A model generated the notes under the pieces. That model ran no database searches. It saw only the letters and a program-made list of their open reading frames with translations, and was not told where the DNA came from. A stretch of DNA of 64,000 nucleotides from Alloascoidea hylecoeti (taxonomy: Eukaryota). Position numbers and translations under genes: made by a program. Positions 34,770-47,794 of the stretch are shown piece by piece; position 1 is the stretch's first letter; each line of letters opens with the position of its first letter. The DNA is taken from positions 686,581 to 750,580 of the forward strand of contig BCKZ01000003.1 in assembly GCA_001600815.1 (NCBI GenBank). Reading direction: 5' to 3'.

Positions 34770-36221
34770 GATGAGGTCATAATCAGTAGTGAGTTTGATG
34801 AACACTAATTATAATCAAATTTAGGAGAAGTTTCACGTAATAAAAGCAAAGTTTATTAGCAATGATATTTTTTTTCTGTGTGTAATATGGTACTCTACAA
34901 GAGGTCGTGTGACTTCTGGCGTAACTGGTTCCAATGGGCACTTTAATATTCTGCTATACATACTATAGATAATATACCAATCAGATTAGGTAAAGTATAG
35001 GCCTATACGTATGTGCGATAGAGTTATTGAATGCTTTAATTATATGATCATGAGCATAATTGATACAATATGTCATTGCCTAGATCTTCAATGTAACCTA
35101 TAACGTTAACCTATCTATCTCAATATACGCAATTTTCTATAAATAAATATGAGGAAGAGAAAGAATGCCTTATATATATGACTTATAGTTATTAAGTAAC
35201 CTAGTATGTAGAAATTAATGGTGTATTATAATCTAGAGACATACTGAAACATTGATGCGTTTTTTAAAAATATGTAAATCTTGGTACATAGCTCAATTTC
35301 ACAATCTTAGTTAATTATAGCGGCCCAGACAGTCAATCCACTTAATTTCGGCCATATTCTGCACTAAATAATTGGCCATGTTATGGGCTGAAAATCGGCC
35401 TTGTATGGCTTTTTTTTAGTGGTTTAAATTCCGTTGAAGTTCACATCTGGTGGTGACCCAACATACTACTGTTGTGTCGATAAAGACCTGTCACCTGTAC
35501 GAATTTTAGACCAAGCCAGAGATCTAGATTTGAATTCATCACCTGACAGATGGCTTTTTATCGCGATCGTATCACTGAATCACGAGCCATCACTTAACCC
35601 GGACTTACTACATTTTTAAAAGATCAGGGATAGCGTTGAATTAATTTTGCTTCTCACTATCTCATATTTATTGATGAGTAGATTTTGACACATTGAAAGT
35701 TTAAGTTATTTATCATATGCATAGAGATTCAAACTCTATATGAAGCTAGTTATTTTAGCTATCATAGAGCTTTTCAATTATAGAATTGGCAGTACAGTTC
35801 GCAATCGAACTTGGAGGGGATCTGTACACGTGACCGTGGGTAGTTGATGGTTAGGTAATGTTCTGCGTAGATCAGACCATTTGTTTGGATACGTGTTAAC
35901 GTTGTAGTGATTTGGATAATCTCATGTGAGCTGCAGGCATAGATTTGCGGCTGGCCAGGAAGAATTGGGTTTGAGCTGCAGCATACGATTAACATGAAGA
36001 TAGATAAATGATAAATATCATAAAAATAATAAAATAATAAAAATAAATCAAACAAAATAAACTAAATATAAAAGTCAATTAATATTCATCTTCTTCAGAC
36101 GGAGGTTCTGATTATGTAAATATTATTGTAGCTTAATATTTATATATTTGATCTCTGATCGATCTCCTTAAATCTAACATAATATAATTATTTATTAATT
36201 ATCTTTTCTTAATATTTCATC

Positions 36222-38582
36222 ATGTCCTCAACTCCTTCCTCCTCCCACCCTGTGTCCAATTCCATCACATCCTCAACGGCCCCTTCCGTGACCATCGCCA
36301 CATTGAGTACCGATACACCGACCAAGCCCCGTGCCACGCCGCCGTCAGGTTTAGGATCCCCCGTAGGATCCCCAGTGGGCACACCGTCAGGAACAAGGAG
36401 TAGCAGCTCCAACGGAACTCAGGGACACCCCCAACACCCCAATCTTGGGCCCCCTCAACCCTACAGTTCCTCTCCCTCTGCTGTACATTCTCTGCTGGTG
36501 ACAAACCTCCCTTACGACATTGTTTCCCAAAACAACTGGAGAGCTGTGAAACAATTATTTCAGAACTACGTATCGAACCCCAGTTCGGTCTTGAGAGTGT
36601 CAATTCCACACAATTCGGAATACAATGCTAGCGACTCGTCTGTCCCCAATGGCAAGGTGATGGTATACATAAGAGGTTGGTCAAATGCTTCCGAGGCTCT
36701 GGATACTTTGGATGGGAAGGTGTTTGAAGGTCAGCTCTTATCAGTAGCTCTGGATACATCTGGATCAATGGCTATTCCATCTACATATTATCCTAGATCT
36801 CACCAGCAGTTAAAAAATATTAATTTCCCTTATTACCGGAACAATCAATCGTATGGCAACCATTATCCCCTGGGGTTTCCTCCTGGTCCTACAGCATATG
36901 CTGGCCAGTGGACAGAAGCCGCTCCAGATTCTCCATCACGACATTCTTCAACCTCTGGTCAGGCCCAGACCCGCAGACGAAACTCTAGCCAGACCCAGTT
37001 TAACCAGGGGTTTAACCAAAATTATAACCAAAATTATAACCAAAATTATAACCAAAATTTCAATCAGGGCTTTAATCAAGGTTTTAACCAAGGTTTTGTT
37101 CCTGGAGGTGTCAATCCCAATACTCCCAAACATTTTGTTCCTCCCACCCCGACAGGTGGCTATTATGGAAGAAATATTAGTCCCAGGTACCAATATCCGG
37201 TTCAAACCCCTTATTACACCCAATCACAACGGAACTCACAAAGTGGACAGTCGATAAGTCAGGTGACATCTTCGAATACAGGGTCAACTTCCAATCCTAG
37301 CCCTAGTAGTACCCCGAGCCATGGTGATGATCGGAGATTCCACCAAAAATCACATTCTACTACGGATTACTACACTACGAACACTCCCTCTAATTATTAT
37401 TATAACTACTATTATGGAATGCCTTACTATCAGCAAGTACCCCAGCCAATATCTACAAATGTAACCCCGCGTGGAGCCCCACAAGGTCTTCATCAACCTG
37501 GGCCACCAATTGTACAGCAACAACAACAACAGCAACAGCAACAGCAACAGCAACAACCTCCTTTACCAGTGTTACCACTTTCACAACTACCACCACCACC
37601 TCCTCCTCCCCAACAGATGAGAGGGCCAGGACCTACAGGTACTCAGATGCCTGTAGGTCAGCAATATGCAATGTCCCCTCAAGTGGGTCCTCCCGTGGGT
37701 CCGGGTGGGCTAAGACCTCCAAATCAAAGAACAAATTCATTACCCATGCTATCACCACAACCTCCCCAACAGCCTGTCCCATATTTACAACCAATGTATG
37801 ATCAATATATGCTAGCTCCATCTCCATCTCAATTACAGCAATCTTTCCCACAACAACAACCCTCTGGTTCGCCAGACTATCATCGTCTTTTTATAGGTAA
37901 TATTCCTTTCACTACAGAATGGCAAGATTTAAAAGATCATTTACGTTCTGCTGGAAAAGTTATACGTGTTGATATCCCTGTTTTTCCTAATGGTAAATCT
38001 AAAGGTTTTGCAATTGCCAGTTTTGAAAATCGAGAAGATGCAAGACAATGCATTGAAATGTTTAATGAACGAACCTTTGAAGGAAGAACATTAACTGTTC
38101 GTTATGATAGATATCCACGTATTGGTGGGCATGGTAATAACATGAATATGAATTCATTATCATCACAATTAGGTTCTATGAATTTGGGAGCTCCTCAATA
38201 CCCAACAGGTTTAAACATGAATATGAATATGAATATGGGTGTTAATGGTCCTGATGTTTATATGACTCCTATGATGTCGAATCAACAACCAAATATGAAT
38301 GTACCAGGGATACAACCAATGGCTCCTAATATGGGGAATTGGAATCCAAACTATTGTTCTTTTACTGAAGAAAGTGAAGATGATTATCGTGATTATCGTA
38401 ATTATCGTCATAGTAAAGGGTGCGAAACAGATAGAGATGACGATGATGATGTTGACGATGACGAAGATACTGAATTAGATCTACTTGAGGATAGAAATGA
38501 TGATAAAAATGGAACTACTGAAAATAATGGTGGTAATGTAGGTATCGAGGGACAACCACAAACAAATACTATTACGGTATAA
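36222..38582 (+). CDS. RNA-binding protein with two RRMs and large Q/N/P/Y-rich low-complexity regions
   Basis: A degenerate N-terminal RRM (LLVTNLPY..ALDTLDGKVFEGQLLSV) and a clear Gbp2/Hrb1-like RRM (LFIGNIPFTTEWQDLKD..SKGFAIASF..FEGRTLTVRYD). Confidence 0.8.
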   Translation: MSSTPSSSHPVSNSITSSTAPSVTIATLSTDTPTKPRATPPSGLGSPVGSPVGTPSGTRSSSSNGTQGHPQHPNLGPPQPYSSSPSAVHSLLVTNLPYDIVSQNNWRAVKQLFQNYVSNPSSVLRVSIPHNSEYNASDSSVPNGKVMVYIRGWSNASEALDTLDGKVFEGQLLSVALDTSGSMAIPSTYYPRSHQQLKNINFPYYRNNQSYGNHYPLGFPPGPTAYAGQWTEAAPDSPSRHSSTSGQAQTRRRNSSQTQFNQGFNQNYNQNYNQNYNQNFNQGFNQGFNQGFVPGGVNPNTPKHFVPPTPTGGYYGRNISPRYQYPVQTPYYTQSQRNSQSGQSISQVTSSNTGSTSNPSPSSTPSHGDDRRFHQKSHSTTDYYTTNTPSNYYYNYYYGMPYYQQVPQPISTNVTPRGAPQGLHQPGPPIVQQQQQQQQQQQQQQPPLPVLPLSQLPPPPPPPQQMRGPGPTGTQMPVGQQYAMSPQVGPPVGPGGLRPPNQRTNSLPMLSPQPPQQPVPYLQPMYDQYMLAPSPSQLQQSFPQQQPSGSPDYHRLFIGNIPFTTEWQDLKDHLRSAGKVIRVDIPVFPNGKSKGFAIASFENREDARQCIEMFNERTFEGRTLTVRYDRYPRIGGHGNNMNMNSLSSQLGSMNLGAPQYPTGLNMNMNMNMGVNGPDVYMTPMMSNQQPNMNVPGIQPMAPNMGNWNPNYCSFTEESEDDYRDYRNYRHSKGCETDRDDDDDVDDDEDTELDLLEDRNDDKNGTTENNGGNVGIEGQPQTNTITV

Positions 38583-39835
38583 TCTTTTTTTTATTATTTT
38601 TTTTTGTTTACTTCAAATTTTTTGTTTACTTCAAATTTTTTGTTTCAATTGTAATCAAATTTTCTAGACTCACTGGTACCTCTCGGTTAAAGCTCTTTTT
38701 TAAAGCAAATGCCAAATATTTATATAACAGTTCTACTATATCTTATCAAAGTGTTACAAAGAAAAAAACAAGAAAAAAGAAATTTATACAATTTTAAACT
38801 ATAACCTATTTACCAGCCCTCATTTTCATTTCAATATCATCCGAATTCTCTCATTTCTCTCATTGAATTTTATATGCATTTCTCTTTTTAATATGCTTAT
38901 TACTATCATCAAACATTCCTTTAATTTGAATTGACTGCAATTTCTTTATTATTTATATCCTAATTACTTTATTCCAGTATATATTTATATATTTTCCACT
39001 ATTGTCCTTATTTTTAAATTGCCTTATAAATATTCTGTGCATCATTTGATGTTTTATTACTACGATTATTATATCTTATATATTTATTATTATTACTATT
39101 CTACTTCTATAGCTATTATTATTACTTTTATTTCAATTGGCGTTAATGAGGGTTTTTTGTTTCTATTGGGTTATTATCCTTCTTATTTTATTACTAAGAT
39201 TATTTAAAATTTACCTTTTATCATATCTTATATATCACACTTATAATTATAAGTAGTCTTCACTTTTCTAAATCACAAAATATTTGTCTATATTCAATTC
39301 ACAATTTCAATCCAAGTTACTATTTATACAGGGTACCATGGTACAATTTCAAAATAGCTATAGATTCAAAAAATAAAAAAATGTAAGATCAGATGAAGTA
39401 TAATTGTCTGATAAGTTTAATTACAAGCTTATAATAATTATAGTTAATATTAAGCCTCAGTAAATAAAAAACATAATATATCCTTTTAAAAAGATACATT
39501 TATATTAGAAACGTTTAACGTTAACCAAACGCCAGTATTGAGTACAGCGATGGAATAAGGTGCTTGGTGCTATGAAAAACAGATCCCGATCCTTCCCATT
39601 AGTCCTGAGTTAATTCTTCTCTACATCAAAGACGAAATGTGGACCTATCCGCAAGTGAACAGCATGAAGGAGTCGTGGTTATGTTTTCAACACATAAAGC
39701 TGTTGTACATGCATTGCAAAGTCTGGCGGGTGTCTCAAAGAATAACCAACTAAAGTTTACTTCCTTTTGTACAATATCTTGGTTCGAGCACATCTGCCCA
39801 ATATAAAAAGTGCAAAATGCGCCCATCCAATAAAA

Positions 39836-39919
39836 ATAATGAAGAGATGGTAAATAATAATGCTTCTCTTCGAATAGCTTCTGTATGCATAACATTATTA
39901 TTTACCATCTCTTCATTAT
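39836..39919. repeat. Perfect 27-bp inverted repeat with a 30-bp spacer
   Basis: ATAATGAAGAGATGGTAAATAATAATG (39836-39862) and its exact reverse complement (39893-39919). Confidence 0.95.
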
Positions 39920-42243
39920 CTGCTAAATGGGGGACTTCGAACGTTTTTAAACAGGCTCTTGACTGTGTGGTTGCTCTAAACTTCCCTAAAAGTGTTTTTT
40001 TTTGTATTGGAAGACAGAATTTTGCAATTTGTCAATTTTAAGTCATATGATGGATGTAGGGGAGCATCCTAAACAGTGAGTTAATCATGATGAGAATGAA
40101 CGAGCTGTTATCGCATATTTAGCGAACTAAGTTTGCAAATATCTCAGCTACAACTATTATTCGTGGTAATTTATTTCAAACACACACGACTATTTCATTC
40201 TGAATTATACCGGGTAGGTAGGTATATATTGTAGTCACAATATACTTAATATTATTGGGAGCGATTATTCAGTTTCTTAGAAAGTTACTATTTATCGAAA
40301 TAGTTGATTAAGAAGTGAGTAATTTTAATCAGCTTATAATTCAGTGCAATTAGTTGACAGTTGTCGGAAGACCGTAACTTTGAACTATGGATTCGGTATA
40401 CTTATAACTTATAATATAGATTATTTTTCTAATTTTGTTTGTTGATATATAAGCTTATAACCCGAATTAGAATAATATTAAATAGGAAGTAGTTGAATGC
40501 AAACAGAAACAATAAACATAAAAATTAATGGGATGCTCTTATGTTGAAATACAACCAGATTATAGAAGTTACTCGAGCTTCTCAAAGGATAACAGCGAGT
40601 TTAATCCATGAAATGGGGTTGTCTCCAGATTGACGTTGCCTTTAAATACATAGTAATAAAATTTGTTATTTTTGTAACAAAAAAGCGATGACATGAAGTT
40701 TTATATTAACCATATTATTGAATCATATTGATGTTTCTTACATAAGTATACTTCTATGCTTATGGAAAATTCTAATGATATATTCCGAAACTATAGCATC
40801 TACCGAAGGAGATGAGACGTCGATACTCATCAATAATTATTCGAGTCTGATGTACATGTCCACATTTCACACCTCTGAATACTAATTTATTATACCGTTG
40901 TTTATTTCGTTATTTCCACATCATTGAGTGATGATTTGAGAGCTTATGATGAGACACTCCATATTAATTGTACAATTGCAATGTTAGATATAATATATTT
41001 GGTACCGTGTGAAGTTAATCCTTGCAATTTATAATCATATTGGATTAAAAAGTAATAAACGTATTGTATACTGGGGTATTAATATTACCGGCCTATGAGT
41101 TTGTTTCGGTGTTGTAATACTGTTGTTTGTCTAAAACAGATCAAATTTATAGGTTATATGTGCTGAACCCCTTTTTCAATTGCATAATTCAATAGGATGG
41201 TAATTGTATATGTTGTTCAGAAGCTTATTCTCCATGTATATAATGTATCAAAATGGTACTGATAGTATTATTATTGGTGTAAGTATCACAATATTTTTTC
41301 ATATAAAACTTCAAAACAGAATTTCGGACAAATATATCGTTTTAGTACATGTTCGATATTTTTATTTTTTCTATTCGCTTCAGATTGCAATTGGGCCTTG
41401 GTATAGGATTGATGGAGATGATTCGAACAATCTCGTATTGATGTATGATCTTGATCTTATCTTGATCATAATATTCTTCCCCTTAATCCGAGTTGACACT
41501 GCTTATAGACCAATAATGTTAATTGTAACAATAATAAATGGAAGCTGTTGATATTAATGGCAATTCATTTAAAACGAGAAGAAATCATAAAGCAATTATA
41601 TCTATCTCTCTAATAACGCAACTGTATCAATAGCCCTTTAAGCTTAAACCTATACCATGACCATGGCCAATCGCATGCCGCTATAAGTTTATTTAAAATT
41701 TTGCACGCGACGTTATTATTTTTTCAGTGCATGGAAAAACTTGTGCATCAAGATTGGTTATCACGGAAAACTATTCTCAACGTTATAATAACTGTGTACG
41801 TAGCTGGGGAAAGATAATGAATGTTAACATTTTAAATCCTCTAGATCTCGTAATCGCCGTTCACACCATATATTTATAATTATGGAGTGTTCGGTGCCCA
41901 TAGCTATAGATATAATTAATATTAGTGGTTCCGATAATGCGAACCCCGAAGATGAAAAGTATTAATTTATTAAAAAATAATTCAGTTTGCGTTATATAAA
42001 TTTGATTGTAACATGGATTAACGCGTCCGGGCGTTATTTATGGGGTACGTTCGTTCGGATTAAACAATGGATTCGAAAAACATTTTAATTAAGTTACGTT
42101 ATTATAACAGAACGGTAATCTCGAACGAATTCCGCTGGTCCCGAATAGCTATTATTGGACGGAATTTAGCAGACCCGAGATTCGGTGTGGAGCGCGAGAA
42201 GTTCCGCGAAAGTGTCCGGAACGCATCTGCGCTCATAACGCTA

Positions 42244-42323
42244 CCCCGGATTTTCAATGAGACATGAAGAGCAGCGGACGTAAGGACAAACACTTTTTTC
42301 TTAAGATGCTCTGCCATATAAAA
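42244..42323 (+). promoter_or_regulatory. ICL1 promoter: Mig1-type site, CSRE-like CGG-N6-GGA and TATA box
   Basis: CCCCGGATTTT at 42244-42254 (reverse AAAATCCGGGG), CGGACGTAAGGA at 42275-42286 and TATAAAA at 42317. Confidence 0.5.
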
Positions 42324-42394
42324 CCTCCGATTTCCCCAGATGTTTCCGTTAATCATTCTCTTCCATTCCTATTATCACAAACATATAAATAACA

Positions 42395-44038
42395 ATGGCT
42401 TATACCAAGATCGATCTTAAACAGGAACAACGTTTTTTTGATGAACAAGTTGCTGAAATCAAGCAATGGTGGTCTCAACCAAGATGGGCACAAACAAAGC
42501 GTATTTACACTGCTGAAGACATCGCCAGTAAACGTGGTACTTTAAAGATCAATTATCCATCTTCCGATCAAGCCAAAAAATTATTTTCTTTGTTGACCGA
42601 ACATGACAAGAAGAAGACTGCTTCTTTCACTTTTGGTGCTTTAGACCCTATCCATGTTACACAAATGGCTAAATACTTAGACTCTGTCTATATTTCTGGA
42701 TGGCAATCATCTTCAACTGCCTCTACTTCTAATGAACCATCCCCAGATTTAGCTGATTACCCATATGACACCGTTCCAAACAAATGTCAACAGCTGTTCT
42801 TTGCTCAATTATTCCACGATAGAAAACAACATGAAGAAAGAGCAAGACTTACTCCAGCTGAACGTGCTAAGACTCCATACACTGATTTTTTAAGACCAAT
42901 TGTTGCAGATGCTGATACTGGACATGGTGGTATTACTGCTATCATTAAATTAACCAAATTGTTTATCGAAGCTGGTGCAGCTGGTATCCATATTGAAGAT
43001 CAAGCCCCAGGAACCAAGAAATGTGGACATATGGCTGGTAAAGTTTTAGTTCCAGTTCAAGAACACATCAATCGTCTCATTGCCATTAGAGCATCTGCCG
43101 ACCTTATGGGAAGTGACTTATTAGCTGTCGCAAGAACCGATTCCGAGGCTGCTACTTTACTTACATCTACTATTGACTACAGGGATCACTACTTCGTTAT
43201 TGGCGCTACAAACCCAAATGTTCCATCATTAGTCGAAGTTATGGTTAAAGCTGAAAATCAAGGTGTCTATGGTGAAGCTTTACAAAAGGTTGAAGACGAC
43301 TGGGTAGCTAAAGCAGGTCTTAAGCTTTTCCACGAAGCGGTTATCGATGAAATCAATAACGGTTTCTACTCCAACAAAGCTCAATTAATTGCTAAGGTTC
43401 AAGCCAAATTAAACCCAACTTCTTGTGTTTCAAACTCTGAAGCTCGTGTTTTCGCTAAATCTATTCTTGGAAAAGACATTCACTTTGATTGGGAGAAACC
43501 AAGAGTCAGAGAAGGATACTACAGATACCAAGGTGGTACCCAATGTGCTGTTAACAGAGCCATTGCCTATGCTCCATATGCCGATATCATCTGGATGGAA
43601 TCTAAATTACCTGATTATGCTCAAGCTAAGGAATTCGCTGTCGGTGTCAAGAAAGTCTGGCCACAACAATGGTTGTCTTACAACTTGTCTCCATCATTCA
43701 ACTGGACCAAAGCTATGTCACCAGATGATCAAGCTACTTATATTCAAAGATTAGCTAAATTAGGATATGTTTGGCAATTCATTACCTTAGCTGGTCTTCA
43801 CACAACCGCTTTAGCTGTTGACAACTTTGCTAAGGGATACAGTGAAATTGGTATGAAACATTATGGTAGCACTATTCAACAACCTGAAATCGACAATAAT
43901 GTTGAAGTTGTTAAACATCAAAAATGGTCTGGTGCTGAATACATTGATAACTTACTAAAGATGGTTACTGGTGGTATTTCAAGTACTGCTGCTATGGGTG
44001 CAGGTGTCACTGAAGAACAATTTAAATCTAAATTATAA
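42395..44038 (+). CDS. ICL1: Isocitrate lyase, peroxisomal (C-terminal SKL)
   Basis: [31 protein letters not shown] and QFITLAG motifs, with a PTS1 SKL. Confidence 0.98.
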   Translation: MAYTKIDLKQEQRFFDEQVAEIKQWWSQPRWAQTKRIYTAEDIASKRGTLKINYPSSDQAKKLFSLLTEHDKKKTASFTFGALDPIHVTQMAKYLDSVYISGWQSSSTASTSNEPSPDLADYPYDTVPNKCQQLFFAQLFHDRKQHEERARLTPAERAKTPYTDFLRPIVADADTGHGGITAIIKLTKLFIEAGAAGIHIEDQAPGTKKCGHMAGKVLVPVQEHINRLIAIRASADLMGSDLLAVARTDSEAATLLTSTIDYRDHYFVIGATNPNVPSLVEVMVKAENQGVYGEALQKVEDDWVAKAGLKLFHEAVIDEINNGFYSNKAQLIAKVQAKLNPTSCVSNSEARVFAKSILGKDIHFDWEKPRVREGYYRYQGGTQCAVNRAIAYAPYADIIWMESKLPDYAQAKEFAVGVKKVWPQQWLSYNLSPSFNWTKAMSPDDQATYIQRLAKLGYVWQFITLAGLHTTALAVDNFAKGYSEIGMKHYGSTIQQPEIDNNVEVVKHQKWSGAEYIDNLLKMVTGGISSTAAMGAGVTEEQFKSKL

Positions 44039-46672
44039 ATGAAATAGTAACTAATTATTTTGTAAATTTTTTGAATTGTTTTATATGTTTGTTTTTTAAA
44101 TTTCATTAGGAATATTTGATTCAAATTGGGATGTATATGCTATAACTTTATTTTTATATAATAAAAGAATCGATTTGGATAAAAATCTATAATTATAACT
44201 GAAATTATATGTAAACCATATATTGCTATAATTCATTCTTATTGTAGAGTCAATGTAGACTCACACAAACTTGATCATGAACTGTAATCTTAACTTGTAA
44301 TGAACATTAGTTTCATCCAAATCCCAAATTAGATTATCTTTCAAATGTACCCGATTTATTCGTAATTGAAATATCCATCGCAATTCTAATTAAACCACAT
44401 TAAATGTTAATATAATGAAACATGGTACCAAAAATAACAGACAAATATCATTGCACCAGGCATACTAAAATGGTATTTTCCTCTTTACCATTTCATTCGA
44501 ACAAAAATAAGAGCAAGAAATAATATAGAAAAATACACAATACATGTGTATAATTGATATCCTTACCATATTTATCCCTTAAAGGTGCTTGCGCACCTAC
44601 ATTGCAATTAAATATGCAAATCATTGATCATTTGATGATTACAAAAAAAAGCTGAGGGAGAACTTAAATTAATTATAATTGATATTTTTTTGGTATTTAT
44701 CAACTACATAGCTGAGGCTAAGCTGACCTATTGCGACTGTAACTGTAAGCACAATCTGTTGAAATGGTAGTCAGAAGTCTTAGGACATTATCGGACTTTT
44801 CAGCCGCAGCCATATGATTGTGGGGTAAGATTTACATATTTTTTCAACGATAGTATGATGCTTTCGTTTATAGTAAATTAATTATAAAGCTCTTTCATAA
44901 ACATAAAATTTTACCAATTGCAAGCTTATAACTAATTTTAAGCTCAAGTAAAATTCTATGTATTTTCATAAAACTCCACTTGTGAGGAGAACCTTTTACG
45001 TTATGAAAATGTATTTTTACAAGTGAACTTTTTGTGACTTTGAACAAAATTTACACTATTATCGATACATCTCTCCACTTGTATAACAGTTTATAAGACC
45101 ATTAATATTCCAAATTAAGCTCATATTATTTAACTATGTAACAAAATAATTAAATGTAAAGTTGTAAACTACTTTCTTTCAGGTGTTAGCTAATAAAATC
45201 AGCTAACGCGTATAATAATATATTTATAAACATGTAATGTATTAATTAGTATACTTATAGCTGTAATTTCTGGATCTTTATATACGAACATAAAAGATAT
45301 ATGAGTCAAGTAATTAAGGCCTTATAGGTAAATTTAACAGTTGCAGACTTGTAGTTGAGCAGTTACAAATGGTAAGGAACGAAAAAAAACTTAATCAGCA
45401 TTTAAAAAGCTATAAAAATATTGCTTGATATCATACCTATACTTTACAAAAATTCCTAGAATATTAAGTTACAACTAATTGAATAACAGAAACAATATTA
45501 ATATTCTTATTGCTTAGTACACAATATTTAAAGGCTTTTAGCTATATGATATGAAAGCATTGAGAGAAATTCATAATATCACGTACTGGTATATAGGGAA
45601 CAATAACATGCATAGATATTCAAATTTATCATTTTGGTGTAACGTAACTAAATAGCTTTTTAATCCCTTCTTAATTAATTGTCCTGGAATTATCTCGAAT
45701 TTATAAGTCTACCCATGGTCAGAGGAATTGTCTTTTCCATTCACATTTGTCCAAATACTCCACTCCACCAGAAAAAATGAAAGCTTAAGGTTGTTCATGA
45801 CCAAGAAGAGACACATTTTTGATTAACATGAATAAACACCAGACAAGGGGGCTATGAGTTATCAATTTCATTTTGGAATGTATTTATCAAGCTTGCATTA
45901 ATTGTAACCTATTTTATCTGGGTTAACTTTGTAGTATAGTGACCGTTTTCGTTCTCAAAGGGTGAGAAAAAAGATATTAAATAGTTTCTACAAAAAAAAA
46001 AACAGCTAGGTAGAAACTGCACTCAGAGTATGTGAAATTTCTAGAAAGGCTAAGGTATCTAGTACATCTACCACATTTAGAAGTCTCACTTAAGCTTTGT
46101 GAGTCATTTTTCAGTTGTTTGATGAACTATATATGACGATCTGGAACTAGAGTGCTATTGCCTATATGTGTATATATGTATAAATGATTAATGAATTTTT
46201 ATGGCTACTGCCACATCAGTTATATGTTTGTTTTGTTTTTGACTATTATATAACTAAGATGTTTTAAAGAGGTATCTTAATAATCTGCATATTATACGAT
46301 AATTTCAGATTGAGTAGAAGCGCTAGCAGTTAGGTAGGTATAGTGAATGTATTAGGATCCTGAACAATAATTATGAAGATTAGAAGGATCCGGTCATCTT
46401 CATGAAAAGTGAGACATGGATAGCAAATTCAGCTGTATCGAGATCGATAATGTAACAGAAGAATCAGTTAAATCTGCAAATTCTGATATATATAATTAAG
46501 ATTAAAATCATACCTGTACTCGCATTATATACCTTATATGGATATGGACCTATAAAAAATAAAAAGGATGTCAAAAAATATATTAGACTCTATATTAGAT
46601 TAGTGATTAGATTGGGTAGTGTAAGTATTAATTGCAATTGGATATACAGAAATAATGTAGTTCTTGTTTTAC

Positions 46673-47794
46673 TTAGTGGCCAGTAGCATTGGGAATATGC
46701 TGGGGTGGAAAAGTGTATGGGCGCTCTCTCGGAATTGCATCTTTCGGATTCGAGGGAATTCTTGGATCTGGATGTGAATATGGTTCTGATGGATGTGCAA
46801 CTGGAACATAGTTGATACTATGTTGTAACTGTGTATTAATATTAGGGTTAATATGATAGGGATCTTTTACATTATCGGTTGGAGACTCAAATAATTCTTT
46901 CCGTGCCGATGTCGACCCCATCTTTTCCGGATTCTGTATCATTGAAGCTTGTGGCCATGCTATACCATTTAAATTTTGACCTGATTGACCAGTTGGAATA
47001 TTATAGCTAGTGTTCATCATAGTTCTTAACATTGAATTTTCGGCCATTAACCTGGAACATTCAATTCTCGTATCATCATTACGGTCGCAAATCTTTAGAA
47101 AGTTAGTCCTTAGTTCTGAAATTTCGTGTCTTTGAGCTTCTATTACTCTTTCAAGATCTTCTTTCTGTGACCTTAATTGATTTTTTGTGATGTTATATTT
47201 TGATTGTAGATTAATTAACTGCAACTCACAGTTGCGAAGGTCTTTAACCAGCCGTTCTTGATCCTTTTCGAAATAAGCATAATTATAAGATAGTTGATTA
47301 TAATTGTTATGAGGGAATTCGAAAGAATCGGATATGGATCTGACGTTTCTAGATCTTTGATCATATTTGTAAACATGGGGTTGTTCCTGAAAAGCTGGTT
47401 CCAGTAGGTTTGGATTGAGTCGTGGTAATATTGGAGTAATTGGCCCAATTGGGGTTAAATTTGAAACATGACCTTGTGTATTTGAATATGGATTTGAAGG
47501 ATTTGGTATTTCAGGAAAATTTTCTTGCGATCCAACAAGGGAATCATGCACAGTATGCCCTACACTAGAAAGTCTTGTGACTTGTTTACTAGGAAGCTCA
47601 TTAACGTTTGGTGTACTTGGGATTTGTTGCGAATCCTGACCACTATAGTCATTTTCAGCTGGGATTGTTTCTGGTTTGCTGGTTGTTAACAGTTTTTGTC
47701 TCTTATTTGACATTGAAGTTTTATCAATTGAGCTTGGGTTTTGCAATTGCAATTGTCGTTTTTTTGAAGCCATAGCTTCAGCATCTGATTCCAT
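46673..47794 (-). CDS. Uncharacterised 373-aa protein with a central coiled coil and disordered flanks
   Basis: A long ATG-started ORF with a heptad-like segment (LVKDLRNCELQLINLQSK..ENSMLR). No family recognised. Confidence 0.65.
   Translation of the reverse strand: MESDAEAMASKKRQLQLQNPSSIDKTSMSNKRQKLLTTSKPETIPAENDYSGQDSQQIPSTPNVNELPSKQVTRLSSVGHTVHDSLVGSQENFPEIPNPSNPYSNTQGHVSNLTPIGPITPILPRLNPNLLEPAFQEQPHVYKYDQRSRNVRSISDSFEFPHNNYNQLSYNYAYFEKDQERLVKDLRNCELQLINLQSKYNITKNQLRSQKEDLERVIEAQRHEISELRTNFLKICDRNDDTRIECSRLMAENSMLRTMMNTSYNIPTGQSGQNLNGIAWPQASMIQNPEKMGSTSARKELFESPTDNVKDPYHINPNINTQLQHSINYVPVAHPSEPYSHPDPRIPSNPKDAIPRERPYTFPPQHIPNATGH

Noticed and set aside
39626..40041. Short ORFs around the inverted repeat as a possible transposase remnant
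   Set aside because: The translations I checked show no transposase, RT or integrase motifs.
40773..40850. Possible C/D snoRNA (AATGATA..CTGA)
   Set aside because: The C box is imperfect and I could not identify a convincing rRNA-complementary guide.
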